Of a stretch of 64,000 nt of DNA, positions 1-9,950 are shown piece after piece. How positions within the stretch are numbered: position 1 is the stretch's first letter; the number at the start of each line of letters is the position of its first letter. The stretch is from Pirellulales bacterium (GTDB taxonomy: Bacteria; Planctomycetota; Planctomycetia; Pirellulales; UBA1268). Location of the stretch: assembly GCA_044238145.1 (NCBI GenBank), contig JBIIDT010000003.1, positions 14,155-78,154 of the forward strand. Reading direction: 5' to 3'. The position numbers and the translations under genes were made by a program. Under the pieces are notes generated by a model, which saw only the letters and a program-made list of their open reading frames with translations, did no database searches and was not told the origin of the DNA.

Positions 1-1
1 C

Positions 2-1234
2 GTCTACCTCGCCGAGCACACCACCCTCCAGGGCCTCGTGGCGATCAAGGTCCTGCCCGTGAAGCGGGTTGACCAGACGTCCTACCTCGCCCGCTTCGAG
101 CGGGAGGCCCGCGAGGCCTTCCGCCTGAACCACCCCAACATCGTCCGGCCCATCGACCTCGACACCTCCGGGACGATCCACTTTATCGCCATGGAGTACG
201 TCGAAGGCGTCGACCTGGCCGTGAAGGTCAAGCATGACGGCCCACTCGGCGTGCGGGAGGCCGCCGACTTCATCCGCCAGGCGGCGCTCGGCCTGCACCG
301 GGCCCATGAGGCGGGGCTCGTGCATCGCGACATCAAGCCGGCGAACCTGATGCTCGACCGGCACGGCACCGTGAAGATCCTCGACTTCGGTCTCGCCCTG
401 GCCCGGGCGACCGAGGAGGAGGATGCCTCCCTCACGAAGACCCACGACGAGAAGGTGCTGGGCACGGCCGACTACCTGGCGCCCGAGCAGGCCCGCGACA
501 GCCACGTCGCGGATCGCCGCTCCGACATCTACGCCCTCGGATGCACGCTCTATTACCTGCTGACGGGCCGAGCCCCGTTCGCCAAGGGATCGATCGCCGA
601 ACGAATCCAGGCGCACATGAAACGGCCGCCGCCGAACCTGCTCGAGGAGCGGGGCGACGTTCCACCCGCGATCGCGGAACTCTACTTCCGCATGCTCGAG
701 AAGCACCCGGACGCCCGGCCCCAGACCGCGCAGGAGATCGCCGACGCGCTCGGCACGTGGTTGGCCGCCACCGCCACGACCGACGCCGGAGCGCGCCCGC
801 GGCCCGAGCCGCCGCGCCGGCTGCCACCGCGGCGCAGTCCCCGGCCGGCTGCCGACCCTGGCTCGTCGAACGTCCACTACGCCCCCCCCGTGCGACCGGG
901 CAGCAGCGTGAGCGGCAGCCCCGGGCCCCGCGGCCCCGGCGGCGGGGCCGCGGCCGACTCCGGCCCCTTCGCCTTCGGCCCCGGCGCCCGGCCGACGACG
1001 GCCACGGCGACGCCACCGGCCCGGCCGGCCGCGGCCCCGGCGACCGGCGACGCGGCCTTCCGGTTCGACCAGGGCCCGGTCCCGACCACGACCACGAAGG
1101 CCGATGGTCAGCCGGTGAAAAAAACCGTGCGCAAGCCGCTCCTGATCGCGGGCCTGCCGCTCGGCTTCTGGCTCGTGGCCCTCGTCGGCGTGGTCGCCGC
1201 GATCGGGCTGGCGATCAAGGTCTTCAACCGGTGA
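2..1234 (+). CDS. Ser/Thr protein kinase, 5' end cut by the window edge, with a Pro/Ala-rich linker and a C-terminal TM anchor
   Basis: Hanks kinase motifs are present: VAIK, HRDIKPANLML, DFGLA, LAPE. The C-terminal hydrophobic stretch is LLIAGLPLGFWLVALVGVVAAIGLAI. The reading frame stays open back to base 2. Confidence 0.9.
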   Translation, partial: VYLAEHTTLQGLVAIKVLPVKRVDQTSYLARFEREAREAFRLNHPNIVRPIDLDTSGTIHFIAMEYVEGVDLAVKVKHDGPLGVREAADFIRQAALGLHRAHEAGLVHRDIKPANLMLDRHGTVKILDFGLALARATEEEDASLTKTHDEKVLGTADYLAPEQARDSHVADRRSDIYALGCTLYYLLTGRAPFAKGSIAERIQAHMKRPPPNLLEERGDVPPAIAELYFRMLEKHPDARPQTAQEIADALGTWLAATATTDAGARPRPEPPRRLPPRRSPRPAADPGSSNVHYAPPVRPGSSVSGSPGPRGPGGGAAADSGPFAFGPGARPTTATATPPARPAAAPATGDAAFRFDQGPVPTTTTKADGQPVKKTVRKPLLIAGLPLGFWLVALVGVVAAIGLAIKVFNR

Positions 1235-1244
1235 CGGCGGACGT

Positions 1245-2018
1245 TCACGACGCCCGCGGCCCGATCCGCCACGGCCCCTCGGCCAGGGCATCGATGCCGG
1301 AGCGGTGCGTGAGGTCGTAGTCGAGCGGCGTGAGCGTGACGGCGCCGGCCGCGAGCGCCGTGACGTCCGATTCGCGGGGCGACGGGGGCGGCGGCGGCTC
1401 GTTCGTCGCCCAGTAGTAGGATCGGCCGCGCGGGTCGAGCCGCCGCTCGAAGGCCTCGCCATAGCGGACCACGCTCATGGGCACGACGCGGAGCTCAGGG
1501 GTTCCGCGCAGGGCCCGTGTCGGGATGTTGAGGTTGAACAGGCTGCCCGGCGCCGGGCCGCGGGCGAGGAGGGCGTCGATCACGTCGATCGCGATCTCGG
1601 CCGCCCGGGCGTAGTCGGCGTGCTCGTCCCACTCGAGCGACACCGCGATGCTCGTGATCCCGAAGAACGCTCCTTCGATCGCCGCGGCCACGGTGCCCGA
1701 GTAGAGGACGTTGATGCCGGCGTTGAGCCCGCTGTTGATGCCGCTGACGACGAGGTCGGGCCGCCGCGGGCAGAACTGCGAGATCCCGAGCTTGACCGCG
1801 TCCGCGGGACTGCCGTCGACGGCCCAGCCGCGGCGGCGGTCGCCGTCGAAGATCTCCTTGGCCGTGAGCGGCGTGAGGAAGGTGATGGCGTGCCCGACGC
1901 CGCTCTGCTCGGTCGCGGGCGCCACGACGCTCACGTCACCCAGCCGCTGCAAGGCCCGGCCCATCGCGGCCAATCCGGGGGCGAAGATGCCGTCATCGTT
2001 GGTGAGCAGGATCTGCAT
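1245..2018 (-). CDS. surE: 5'/3'-nucleotidase SurE
   Basis: The N-terminus [15 protein letters not shown] and the motif [16 protein letters not shown] are typical of SurE. The start was set at the internal ATG at 2018; the track ORF begins at a GTG at 2027. Confidence 0.92.
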   Translation of the reverse strand: MQILLTNDDGIFAPGLAAMGRALQRLGDVSVVAPATEQSGVGHAITFLTPLTAKEIFDGDRRRGWAVDGSPADAVKLGISQFCPRRPDLVVSGINSGLNAGINVLYSGTVAAAIEGAFFGITSIAVSLEWDEHADYARAAEIAIDVIDALLARGPAPGSLFNLNIPTRALRGTPELRVVPMSVVRYGEAFERRLDPRGRSYYWATNEPPPPPSPRESDVTALAAGAVTLTPLDYDLTHRSGIDALAEGPWRIGPRAS

Positions 2019-2095
2019 GCGGGCCACACTATAGCAACCGCCCGCACGGGCCCTATACTGGCGGGCTTTTCCGAGTCCCCCGGCGCCGCCACCCC

Positions 2096-3685
2096 ATGCC
2101 CGCCACGACCGCCCCCCAGCCGGCCGCCGCCGCTTCCCGCCCGCAGCAGGCCGAACGGATCGTCGTCCTCGACTTCGGGTCGCAGTACGCCCAGCTCATC
2201 GCCCGCCGGGTCCGCGAGCAGCACGTCTACTGCGAGATCGTGCGGCACGACATCGCCGCGTCGCGGCTTCGCGAGCTGGCGCCCCGCGGCATCATCCTGT
2301 CGGGCGGACCGTCGAGCGTCTACGAGGAGTCCGCACCCCGCTGCGACCCCGAACTGTTCCGCCTCGGGATCCCCGTGCTCGGCATCTGCTACGGCATGCA
2401 GCTGGCCTGCGACGCCCTGGGCGGCCGCGTCGGCCGGGCCGCAGCCCGCGAGTACGGCCGGTCTGCCTGCGAGATCACCGCGCCCGACCCGCTGTTCGCG
2501 GGCGTGCCGGCCCACACGGAAGTGTGGATGAGCCACGGCGACCAGGTGGACGGTGTGGCCGCCGACTTCCTGCCCCTGGCCCGCACTGCAACTTGCCCGC
2601 TGGCCGCCGTGCGGCACCGCACGCTGCCCGTATACGGCCTGCAGTTCCACCCCGAGGTCACCCACACGCCCGCCGGCGGGCGGATGCTCGCCAACTTCCT
2701 GCGGTCCGCCTGCGGCTGCTCCGGCACCTGGCGACTCGAGGACTTCGCGGCCGCCACGATCGCCGACCTGCGGGCGCGGGTGGGCGGCGACCGCGTGATC
2801 TGCGGCCTGTCGGGGGGCGTCGACTCGGCGGTCGTCGCCGCGCTGCTCTCGAGGGCGATCGGCGACCAGCTCTCCTGCATCCTCGTCGACAACGGCCTGC
2901 TGCGCAAGAACGAGGCGGCCGCGGTGATCGAGGAGTTCACGGAGCACTTCCGGACCGACCTGCACGTCGTGCCGGCGGAGGGGCGATTTCTCGAGGCCCT
3001 GGCCGGCGTCACGGAGCCCCAGGAGAAGCGGCGCCGGATCGGCCGGACGTTCGTGGACTGCTTCGCCGACGAGGCGGCGAAGATCCGCGGGGCCCGCTTC
3101 CTGGCGCAGGGCACGCTCTACCCCGACGTCATCGAGAGCGGGGCGGCGCCCGACGGCCCCGCGGCGACGATCAAGCTCCACCACAACGTCGGTGGCCTGC
3201 CCGAGGACCTCCAGTTCGAACTCATCGAGCCGCTCCGCGACCTGTTCAAGGACGAGGTCCGCCAACTCGGGCTGCAACTCGGGCTGCCCGAACGGATCGT
3301 GTGGCGGCACCCGTTCCCCGGTCCCGGCCTGGCGGTGCGGTGCCTCGGGGAGGTGACGAAGCCGCGGCTCGACACGCTGCGCGAGGCCGACGCGATCGTG
3401 CTCGAGGAGCTGGAGCGGGCCGGGCTGATGCGCAAGGTGTCGCAGGCCTTCGCCGTCCTCCTGCCGGTCCAGAGCGTGGGGGTGATGGGCGACGCGCGGA
3501 CCTACGACGATGTCCTCGCCGTCCGAGCCGTCGAGACCGAGGATTTCATGACCGCGGACTGGAGCCACCTGCCGTACGAGGTGCTGGCCCGGATGTCGAC
3601 CCGCATCATCAACGAGGTCCGCGGGATCAATCGGGTCGTGTACGACGTGTCCTCGAAGCCGCCGGCCACGATCGAGTGGGAATGA
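2096..3685 (+). CDS. guaA: GMP synthase (glutamine-hydrolysing)
   Basis: [18 protein letters not shown] marks the GATase domain, SGGVDSAV the ATP-PPase P-loop, and the C-terminus is KPPATIEWE. The protein is full length at 529 aa. Confidence 0.97.
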   Translation: MPATTAPQPAAAASRPQQAERIVVLDFGSQYAQLIARRVREQHVYCEIVRHDIAASRLRELAPRGIILSGGPSSVYEESAPRCDPELFRLGIPVLGICYGMQLACDALGGRVGRAAAREYGRSACEITAPDPLFAGVPAHTEVWMSHGDQVDGVAADFLPLARTATCPLAAVRHRTLPVYGLQFHPEVTHTPAGGRMLANFLRSACGCSGTWRLEDFAAATIADLRARVGGDRVICGLSGGVDSAVVAALLSRAIGDQLSCILVDNGLLRKNEAAAVIEEFTEHFRTDLHVVPAEGRFLEALAGVTEPQEKRRRIGRTFVDCFADEAAKIRGARFLAQGTLYPDVIESGAAPDGPAATIKLHHNVGGLPEDLQFELIEPLRDLFKDEVRQLGLQLGLPERIVWRHPFPGPGLAVRCLGEVTKPRLDTLREADAIVLEELERAGLMRKVSQAFAVLLPVQSVGVMGDARTYDDVLAVRAVETEDFMTADWSHLPYEVLARMSTRIINEVRGINRVVYDVSSKPPATIEWE

Positions 3686-3715
3686 CGGCCGTACGGCCCG
3701 GGGTACAATGGGTCG

Positions 3716-3747
3716 GCGGTGGGTGGCGAACGTCCGCCGCCCACCGC
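3716..3747 (+). terminator. GC-rich hairpin downstream of guaA, a possible terminator without a U-tract
   Basis: The arms are GCGGTGGGTGGCG and CGCCGCCCACCGC, pairing over 13 positions including one G-T pair, with loop AACGTC. It begins 31 nt after the guaA stop. It contains the recurring core GCGAACGTCCG. Confidence 0.4.
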
Positions 3748-3773
3748 GGCTCCCGACCACCCGAGGCGTTCCC

Positions 3774-4445
3774 ATGCACGTCGCGATCATCGAGGACGAT
3801 CCGGTCGTCGCCCGGGCCGTCGGCACGGCGATCCGCGAGGCCGGCCACGAGTGCACCTGGGTACCCGACGGCGAGACCGCCATCAGCGACCAGACGCTCG
3901 CGGTCAACGATCTCGTCATCCTCGACCTGATGCTGCCCGGCGCGGCGGGACTCCAGGTGCTGGAGGCCGCGCGGGCGGCCGGCGTCCGCACGCCCGTGAT
4001 CGTGCTCACCGCCCTGGGGACGGTGCCGGACAAGCTCCGCGGCTTCGAGGCGGGCGCGGACGACTACCTCGTCAAGCCGTTCGCGATGGACGAGCTGCTG
4101 GCCCGCATCGACGCCATCCATCGCCGGAGCGGCCACAGACCCGCCCCCGAGATGGAGGTGGGGCCGTTGCACCTCGGGCTGGCCACGAAGCGGGTCACGG
4201 TCGCCGGCCGCAGCATCGACCTGACGCCCACCGAGTTCAGCATCCTCGAGCTGCTGATGCGGTTCAACGGCCAGGTGGTGACGCGGAAGATGCTCTGCGA
4301 GCACGTCTGGGGCTTCGACTGGGAAGGGCCCACGAACGTGATCGAGGTGCACATCAACCGCCTGCGGGGCAAGCTCGACCGGGGCCGGGACGAGTCGTTC
4401 ATCCGCACGATCCGGGGACGCGGCTATGCGTTGGCGGTGGCCTGA
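3774..4445 (+). CDS. OmpR-family response regulator (receiver plus winged helix)
   Basis: The sequence runs MHVAIIEDDP...DLVILDLMLPG, and the C-terminal winged-helix part is EVHINRLRGKLD...IRTIRGRGY. The start was set at the internal ATG at 3774. Confidence 0.9.
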   Translation: MHVAIIEDDPVVARAVGTAIREAGHECTWVPDGETAISDQTLAVNDLVILDLMLPGAAGLQVLEAARAAGVRTPVIVLTALGTVPDKLRGFEAGADDYLVKPFAMDELLARIDAIHRRSGHRPAPEMEVGPLHLGLATKRVTVAGRSIDLTPTEFSILELLMRFNGQVVTRKMLCEHVWGFDWEGPTNVIEVHINRLRGKLDRGRDESFIRTIRGRGYALAVA

Positions 4446-5877
4446 CCGGCCGTGGCCGGCGACCCTCGGCGGCCGGCTCACGCTGTGGAACACCGCCGTG
4501 GTCCTGGCGGTGACCGTGGTCTCTTTGCTCGCCGCCCGGTTCGCGGCCCGGGCGACGCTCTATGCGGACACCGACGCCGAACTCCGGGCCGGCGTCCGGG
4601 AGGTCGTCCTGGCGCTCGAGGATCTCTCGCCCGACGTCGACGCCGTCGTCGCCGAGATCCGCCGCAAGGCCCGCAGCCACGAGGAGCGGGGCTGGTTCAG
4701 CCAGCTGCTCACCGCGGACGGCACGACGGTCTGGAGGAGCGATCACTGCCCGGACGCGGTGGCGAACTTCGCGCCGACCAACCTCGACCGGGTGGAAAAC
4801 GTGGTGCAGGTGGGTCCGTTCCGTTACGTGCGGCTGCGGATCGAGCGCCCCGCCGGGCCGGCCTACCTCGTCCGCGTCGGCACCTACACGACGGGCCTCG
4901 ACGCGCGACTCACCGCCCTGATGCGACAGCTGACGCTCGTCGGCATCGGCCTCTCGCTGCTCACGCCGCTGGTGGGCTGGTGGCTGGCCCGGCAGGCGAC
5001 GCGGCCGGTCGCCACCGTCCTCCAGGCCGCCGCCGGCCTCCGGCCGACGCAACTCGCGGACCGGCTGCCGCTCCGCGGCACCGACGACGAGCTCGATCGC
5101 CTGGCCCGGACGATCAACAGCCTCCTCGACCAGATGGCCGGTCACATGGAGCGGCAGCAGCGGTTCATCGCCGACGCGGCCCACGAGCTCCGCGGCCCGC
5201 TCGCTGCCGTCCAGAGCGCGCTCGAGGTCTCGCTCTCCAAGGAGCGGCCGGCCGAGGCCTACCGGGGCGCCCTGGGCGACGTGCTGGAGGAGACCCGCCA
5301 TCTCGCCAAGCTCGCCAACGACCTGCTCACCCTGGCGGAAACCGGCGGCGACGCCCCGGGGCCGTCGCGGGATCTGGTCGACGTCACGGTCATTGTCCGG
5401 CAGGCGTCGGCCATGTTCGCCGGCGTGGCCGAGGACCGGGGGATCCGTGTCACCGTCGAGGTCCATCCCGTCGTCGTCGCGGGGGACGCGGGCCAGCTGC
5501 GGCAGGTGCTCGGCAACCTGCTCGACAACGCGATCCGGTTCACTCCGCCCGGCGGCAGCGTAGGCATCCGGCTCGCGGCCGACGCCGGATCGGGCCGGGC
5601 GGTCCTCACGGTCACCGACTCCGGGACCGGCATCGCAGCCGAGCACCTCGGGCGGGTCTTCGACCGCTTTTACAAGGCGGACCCCGCGCGGGCCCGGGAC
5701 CGCGGTTACCGCGGCGGCCTGGGGCTGTCGATCTGCAAGGCGATCATCGAGCGGCACGGCGGGGAAATCAGCGTCGCCAGCCGGCCGGGGCGGGGCACGA
5801 CCGTCACCCTGAGCCTGCCGCTCGCAGGCGGCCCGCTGCGACCCGCCGCCCGGGCGGAAGCGACAGCGACCGCGTAA
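4426..5877 (+). CDS. Sensor histidine kinase (two TM helices, HAMP, HisKA, HATPase)
   Basis: The H-box is AAHELRGPL. The N and G boxes are LDNAIRFTPPGG, DSGTGI and GGLGLSI. It overlaps the regulator stop by 20 nt. Confidence 0.88.
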   Translation: MRWRWPDRPWPATLGGRLTLWNTAVVLAVTVVSLLAARFAARATLYADTDAELRAGVREVVLALEDLSPDVDAVVAEIRRKARSHEERGWFSQLLTADGTTVWRSDHCPDAVANFAPTNLDRVENVVQVGPFRYVRLRIERPAGPAYLVRVGTYTTGLDARLTALMRQLTLVGIGLSLLTPLVGWWLARQATRPVATVLQAAAGLRPTQLADRLPLRGTDDELDRLARTINSLLDQMAGHMERQQRFIADAAHELRGPLAAVQSALEVSLSKERPAEAYRGALGDVLEETRHLAKLANDLLTLAETGGDAPGPSRDLVDVTVIVRQASAMFAGVAEDRGIRVTVEVHPVVVAGDAGQLRQVLGNLLDNAIRFTPPGGSVGIRLAADAGSGRAVLTVTDSGTGIAAEHLGRVFDRFYKADPARARDRGYRGGLGLSICKAIIERHGGEISVASRPGRGTTVTLSLPLAGGPLRPAARAEATATA

Positions 5878-5892
5878 CGGACCGCCGCCGGC

Positions 5893-6702
5893 ATGCCGAA
5901 CCATCCCCACGCCGCCGACCGCCCCTGCGTCGCAGGCATCCTGTTCGCGCTGCCGATCGAGGCCGACGCGTTCGAGCGGCGGGTCGTGGGCCGCCGGGAG
6001 TGGCGCAGTTCGGGGCCGGCCATGTTCGAGGGCGCGGTCGCCGGCTGCCGCGTGGCCTGGTGCGTGACGGGCGTGGGTGGCGACGCCGCCACCCGGGCCG
6101 CCCGCCTCATGCTCGACGGCCACCGCCCCGCGGCGCTCGTTGCGGCGGGCTTCGCCGGCGGACTCGACCCGGCGATCGCCCGCGGCTCCGTGGTGCGGCC
6201 GACGGCCGTCGTCCGGGAGCCGGCCGCCGGGCGGATCGGTCTCGCGACCGCCGGCTGTGGAGTCGCCGGTCCGCTGCTGGTGAGTGTCGACGCCCCGGCG
6301 ACGACACCGGATCGCAAGCGGCAACTCGCCGCCCGCACGGGTGCCGCGGTCGTCGACATGGAAACATACGCCGTCGCGGCCGTCGCGGCGGCCGCGGGCC
6401 TGCCGTGCTACGGCATCCGCGTCGTCTCCGACGACGCCGGGCAGCCGCTGCCGCCGGAGGTCGCAGCCCTCGCCCGGCCGCAGACCGCGGCCCGCCGGTT
6501 CGGCGCCGTCCTCGGCGCCCTCGGGCGGCGACCCGCCGTGGCCCTCGACCTGTGGCGGCTCTATGAGCATGCCGTGGTCGACGGCCGCGAGCTCGCCGTC
6601 GCGCTCGAGACCCTGCTCGGGGAACTGGCCTCGTCCCCTACCGCCGCCCTGCCAGGAGCCGGACCAGCGGACTCCGCGGCAGGTCGGGCACGAGCGCCGT
6701 GA
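5893..6702 (+). CDS. hpnG: Hopanoid-associated nucleoside phosphorylase (PNP/UDP family), HpnG-like
   Basis: The layout fits the PNP_UDP family: ILFALPIEA, GVGG, VVDMETYAVA and RVVSDDA. It sits next to hpnCDE. The assignment rests on family motifs plus context. Confidence 0.7.
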   Translation: MPNHPHAADRPCVAGILFALPIEADAFERRVVGRREWRSSGPAMFEGAVAGCRVAWCVTGVGGDAATRAARLMLDGHRPAALVAAGFAGGLDPAIARGSVVRPTAVVREPAAGRIGLATAGCGVAGPLLVSVDAPATTPDRKRQLAARTGAAVVDMETYAVAAVAAAAGLPCYGIRVVSDDAGQPLPPEVAALARPQTAARRFGAVLGALGRRPAVALDLWRLYEHAVVDGRELAVALETLLGELASSPTAALPGAGPADSAAGRARAP

Positions 6703-8038
6703 GCGGCCGCCCCAGCACGCGGCCGACCTCCTCCGCCGCCAGCCGCCCGCTGCGGACCGCTCCCTCCATCGTCGAAGGCCAGCCGGTCGCGGTCCAGTCG
6801 CCGGCGAGAAACAGGTTGGCGACCGCCGTCCGCGGCCCGGGCCGCACCGCCTCGACTCCGGGCCGTACCGAGAGCACGGCGGTGGGATCGGTGACGATCC
6901 GCACGTCGAGGAGCCGCGCGTCGCGGGCGGCGGGAAAGACCTCGCGGAGCTCCGCGACCACCGCGTCGCGGAGGCCGTCGCGGTCGCCCCCGAGGAGCCC
7001 CCGCGAGGCACTGATCACGACCTGGCAGTGACCGCCCGCGTCGGCCTCGGCCCGGAACACCCACTGGGAGACGCGGCCGACGAGCACGGCGTGCGGCAGG
7101 TCGACGACGTCGCGGTCGAACCAGAGATGCACCGCGGTGATCGGCGACCCGGTGAGCCGGGCGTCGGCGTCGGGCACGAGGTCGGGCAGCAGCCGGGCGG
7201 CCTGCCGCCAGGGCACCGCCACGAGCGCCGCCGCGCAGGGCACGGACTCGTCGCCGCACCGCACGGCGACGACCCGGTCGCCGACGCGGTCGAATCCCGT
7301 CACGCTCGTCCGCGTGCGGACCGCGGCACCGCGCGCCTCGAGCCAGCGGACGAGCCGGTCGCCGAACAGCGTGCCCAGCGGCTCGGTGGGCACGAGCAGG
7401 TCCGCGGCCTCGCGGTGGGCGAGGAACCCGTCCACGACCACCTTGCGGGCGGCGGCGACGCTCACGAGATCGATCGACTCGCCGAGCGCGCTCTCGAGCA
7501 CCGGCTGCCAGAACAGGCGGATCACCCGGTCCGGCTGGCCGACGGCCTGCAGCCAGTGGAGCGCCGTCCGCGCGTCCCCAGCGGCCGCCAGGCGGGCGAG
7601 CCGGAGCATGCCCACCGCCAACGCCGCCTTCTCCCCGAGCGTGAAGTGCCGCATGCCCGCCAGCAGCGGCGTCAGGTGCAGCGGCGCGGGCAGCCACCGG
7701 GACGGCGTGCAGGCCGCCCGCCGACCGTCGTCCCCGATGAACCACAGCGTGCGATCGCGGCGCAGGGCGTCGGCGAGGCCCGTCCGCCGGCAGAGATCGA
7801 GGAAGTTGGTGCAGCAGCCCATCGCCACGTGCTGGCAGGCGTCGACGAGGCCGCCCGACACGGGGTCCTCGAACGAGGCGGCGCGGCCGCCCGCATGCCG
7901 CCGCGACTCGAGGACGACGGCCGTCACACCCGCCTCGGTGAGCGCCGCCGCCGCCGCCAGGCCCGCGAGCCCGCCGCCGACGACCACCACCGTCCCGGCG
8001 GCCCGCTCCGCCTCCGTCCGTGCCGTGCCTGCGATCAT
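6638..8038 (-). CDS. hpnE: Hydroxysqualene dehydroxylase / FAD-dependent desaturase HpnE
   Basis: The Rossmann motif VVVVGGGLAGLAAAAAL is present, and the C-terminus is amine-oxidase-like (FLAGDWTATGWPSTMEGAVRSG). Its ATG at 8038 overlaps the hpnD stop (ATGA). Confidence 0.8.
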   Translation of the reverse strand: MIAGTARTEAERAAGTVVVVGGGLAGLAAAAALTEAGVTAVVLESRRHAGGRAASFEDPVSGGLVDACQHVAMGCCTNFLDLCRRTGLADALRRDRTLWFIGDDGRRAACTPSRWLPAPLHLTPLLAGMRHFTLGEKAALAVGMLRLARLAAAGDARTALHWLQAVGQPDRVIRLFWQPVLESALGESIDLVSVAAARKVVVDGFLAHREAADLLVPTEPLGTLFGDRLVRWLEARGAAVRTRTSVTGFDRVGDRVVAVRCGDESVPCAAALVAVPWRQAARLLPDLVPDADARLTGSPITAVHLWFDRDVVDLPHAVLVGRVSQWVFRAEADAGGHCQVVISASRGLLGGDRDGLRDAVVAELREVFPAARDARLLDVRIVTDPTAVLSVRPGVEAVRPGPRTAVANLFLAGDWTATGWPSTMEGAVRSGRLAAEEVGRVLGRPLTALVPDLPRSPLVRLLAGRR

Positions 8039-8913
8039 GCGAGGTATCCGCGGTACGGACGGCCCGGCCCCAGGAGGGTGGTCGCCGCGGCCGCCACGAC
8101 GATCGCGGCGCGGCTCGGCCGCACGCGGGCCGTGAAGATCCGCGGCCCCGCCCGCCGCACGGCCTCGAAGAGCCGCCGGTAGACGCCGAACATCGCCCGA
8201 AAGGCGAGCCGGCCGTCGGTCGAGAGCATGCGGTCGAGGCGGGCGGCGCGGGCGTAGCAGGCGGCCGCGCGATCGCACGACAGCGCCGCGAGCCGGGCGA
8301 ACCCCGGCCCGATCCGGCCCGCCACGAGGTCGTCGATCGTGCAGCCGCTGGCGGCGAAGTCCTCGGCCGGCAGGTAGATGCGGCCGCGGGCGCGGTCCTC
8401 GGGGATGTCCCGGAGGATGTTCGTGAGCTGGAAGGCGAGGCCGCAGTCGTGCGCGGCCGCGACCGCGGCGGGGTCGCGAAAGCCCCACACGTGGATCGCC
8501 GCGAGGCCCACGGCGGTCGCCACCCGCCGGCAGTATTCCTCCAGTTCGGCGAACGTGCCGTATCGGGCCTGGTCGAGGTCCATCCGCACGCCGGCGAGGA
8601 TGTCCGCGATGGCCGCGCGGGGCACGGCGAAGCGGCGCACCGTGTCGGCCAGGGCCCGCACGACGGGATCGGCGATCGGCTCCCCGTCGAGACCGCGGAC
8701 CACCTCCCGCTCGAAGGCGGCGAGTGCCGAGCGGGCGGCCGCCGGATCGGCCGCGTCGTCCACGATGTCGTCGGCGCGGCGACAGAACGCGTACAGGGCG
8801 GTGGTGCCCCGCCGCTTCGCCGCCGGCAGGATCCGAATCGGGCCCGCGAAGCTCGAACCGCTCCGCTGCAGGGCGGCGGAGCAGGCAGCGTGGTCGGCGG
8901 CGAGATCGATCAT
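8035..8913 (-). CDS. hpnD: Presqualene diphosphate synthase HpnD (squalene/phytoene synthase family)
   Basis: Family motifs are YAFCRRADDIVDD and NILRDIPEDRARGRIYLP. It shows 4-nt start/stop overlaps with both hpnC and hpnE. Confidence 0.85.
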   Translation of the reverse strand: MIDLAADHAACSAALQRSGSSFAGPIRILPAAKRRGTTALYAFCRRADDIVDDAADPAAARSALAAFEREVVRGLDGEPIADPVVRALADTVRRFAVPRAAIADILAGVRMDLDQARYGTFAELEEYCRRVATAVGLAAIHVWGFRDPAAVAAAHDCGLAFQLTNILRDIPEDRARGRIYLPAEDFAASGCTIDDLVAGRIGPGFARLAALSCDRAAACYARAARLDRMLSTDGRLAFRAMFGVYRRLFEAVRRAGPRIFTARVRPSRAAIVVAAAATTLLGPGRPYRGYLA

Positions 8914-9848
8914 GGACTGCCCGCCTGCGACCAGACGGCGATCCAGGCGGCCCGGGCCGCGAGGGCGAACTTCCGGCCGCGGCCGACGGTGGGCCGCCGC
9001 GCCAGGGTGTCGCCACCGACCCGCTCGATGGCGTCGGCCACGGCCCGGCCGCCCCCAAGAAACATGGCGATCGCCGGCCGCAGGGCCCGAGGGGCCGCGG
9101 CGACGAGGGGCGCCCCGCGGTCGAAGCACTCGCGGGCCCAGACGACCTCGTGCCGGACGAGTTCCCTCAGGGCAGGGGAGGCCCGCGGCGCGTCGAGGTC
9201 GGCCTCCGCCACGGCGAACCGAGCCATGTCGTCCGCGGGCAGGTAGACCCGTCCGGCGAGCCGATCACGCCTGATGTCCTGCCAGAAGTTGACGAGTTGC
9301 AGCCCGGAGCAGATGGCGTCGGACATGGCGACGAGCTGCGGGTCACGGCAGCCCTCGAGGGCGAGCACGATCCGGCCCACCGGGTCGGCCGAGCGACGGC
9401 AGTAGTCGAGCAGATCCGCCCGGTCGGCGTACCGGGTCTTCACCTGATCCTGGCGGAACGCATCGAGCAGGTCGGCGAACGGCTCGATGCCGACGCCGGT
9501 CGACCGGGCCGTGTCGGCCAGCGCCACGAACACCGGGTGCCGCGGCCGCCCCGCGAAACACTCCTCGAGGCCCGCCCGCCAGGCAGCCAGATCCCGCAGC
9601 GCCGCGTCGGACCCGACGGCCTCGTCGGCCAGATCGTCGGCCCAGCGGGCGAACGCGTATACGTTCGCCAGGTGCTGCCGCAGCCGGGCGGGCACCAGCC
9701 GGGTGGCCACGGTGAAGTTCTCGTAATGGCGCGCCGCCACCTGCCGACAGAAGGCCCGCGCGGCCTCGATGTCGTCGCCGGCGGGCAGGGGCGCGAGCCG
9801 CCAGGCCGCGGGGTCGCGGCGGGCGGCGGGGATCGTTTCGCTGGTCAT
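8910..9848 (-). CDS. hpnC: Hydroxysqualene synthase HpnC (squalene/phytoene synthase family)
   Basis: Family motifs are ENFTVA, YAFARWADDLADE and NFWQDIRRDRLAGRVYLP. The upstream part of the 602-aa track ORF was trimmed. Confidence 0.85.
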   Translation of the reverse strand: MTSETIPAARRDPAAWRLAPLPAGDDIEAARAFCRQVAARHYENFTVATRLVPARLRQHLANVYAFARWADDLADEAVGSDAALRDLAAWRAGLEECFAGRPRHPVFVALADTARSTGVGIEPFADLLDAFRQDQVKTRYADRADLLDYCRRSADPVGRIVLALEGCRDPQLVAMSDAICSGLQLVNFWQDIRRDRLAGRVYLPADDMARFAVAEADLDAPRASPALRELVRHEVVWARECFDRGAPLVAAAPRALRPAIAMFLGGGRAVADAIERVGGDTLARRPTVGRGRKFALAARAAWIAVWSQAGSP

Positions 9849-9950
9849 GCGCGGCGCCCAGGGGACAATCTGGCCGGGCAAACGGGGCTCCACTACCATA
9901 CCGTGTCGGACCGGCCCCGCGTGGCCGGCCTGCCGTCGGCGCCAACCACC

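Noticed and set aside
1931-4033. A 700-aa ORF antisense to guaA. Similar long antisense ORFs occur at 4399-7011, 12669-14477, 37833-40448, 40166-43171, 43784-46849 and 54351-56387.
   Set aside because: The translations are low-complexity Arg/Pro/Gly/Ala strings with no motifs. The opposite strand encodes clearly recognisable proteins in every case. Stop-free antisense frames are expected at this GC content.
6638-9058. Very long track ORFs that look like giant proteins: 6638-9058, 8910-10718, 8724-10904, 15600-17561, 32324-35107, 52798-56172 and 50261-52708.
   Set aside because: Only the C-terminal part of each matches a known family (HpnE, HpnC, IspH, HpnH, the secreted protein, the aminotransferase and GlcE). 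The upstream extensions run through neighbouring genes in another frame. Each gene was therefore trimmed to the internal start that gives the canonical N-terminus.
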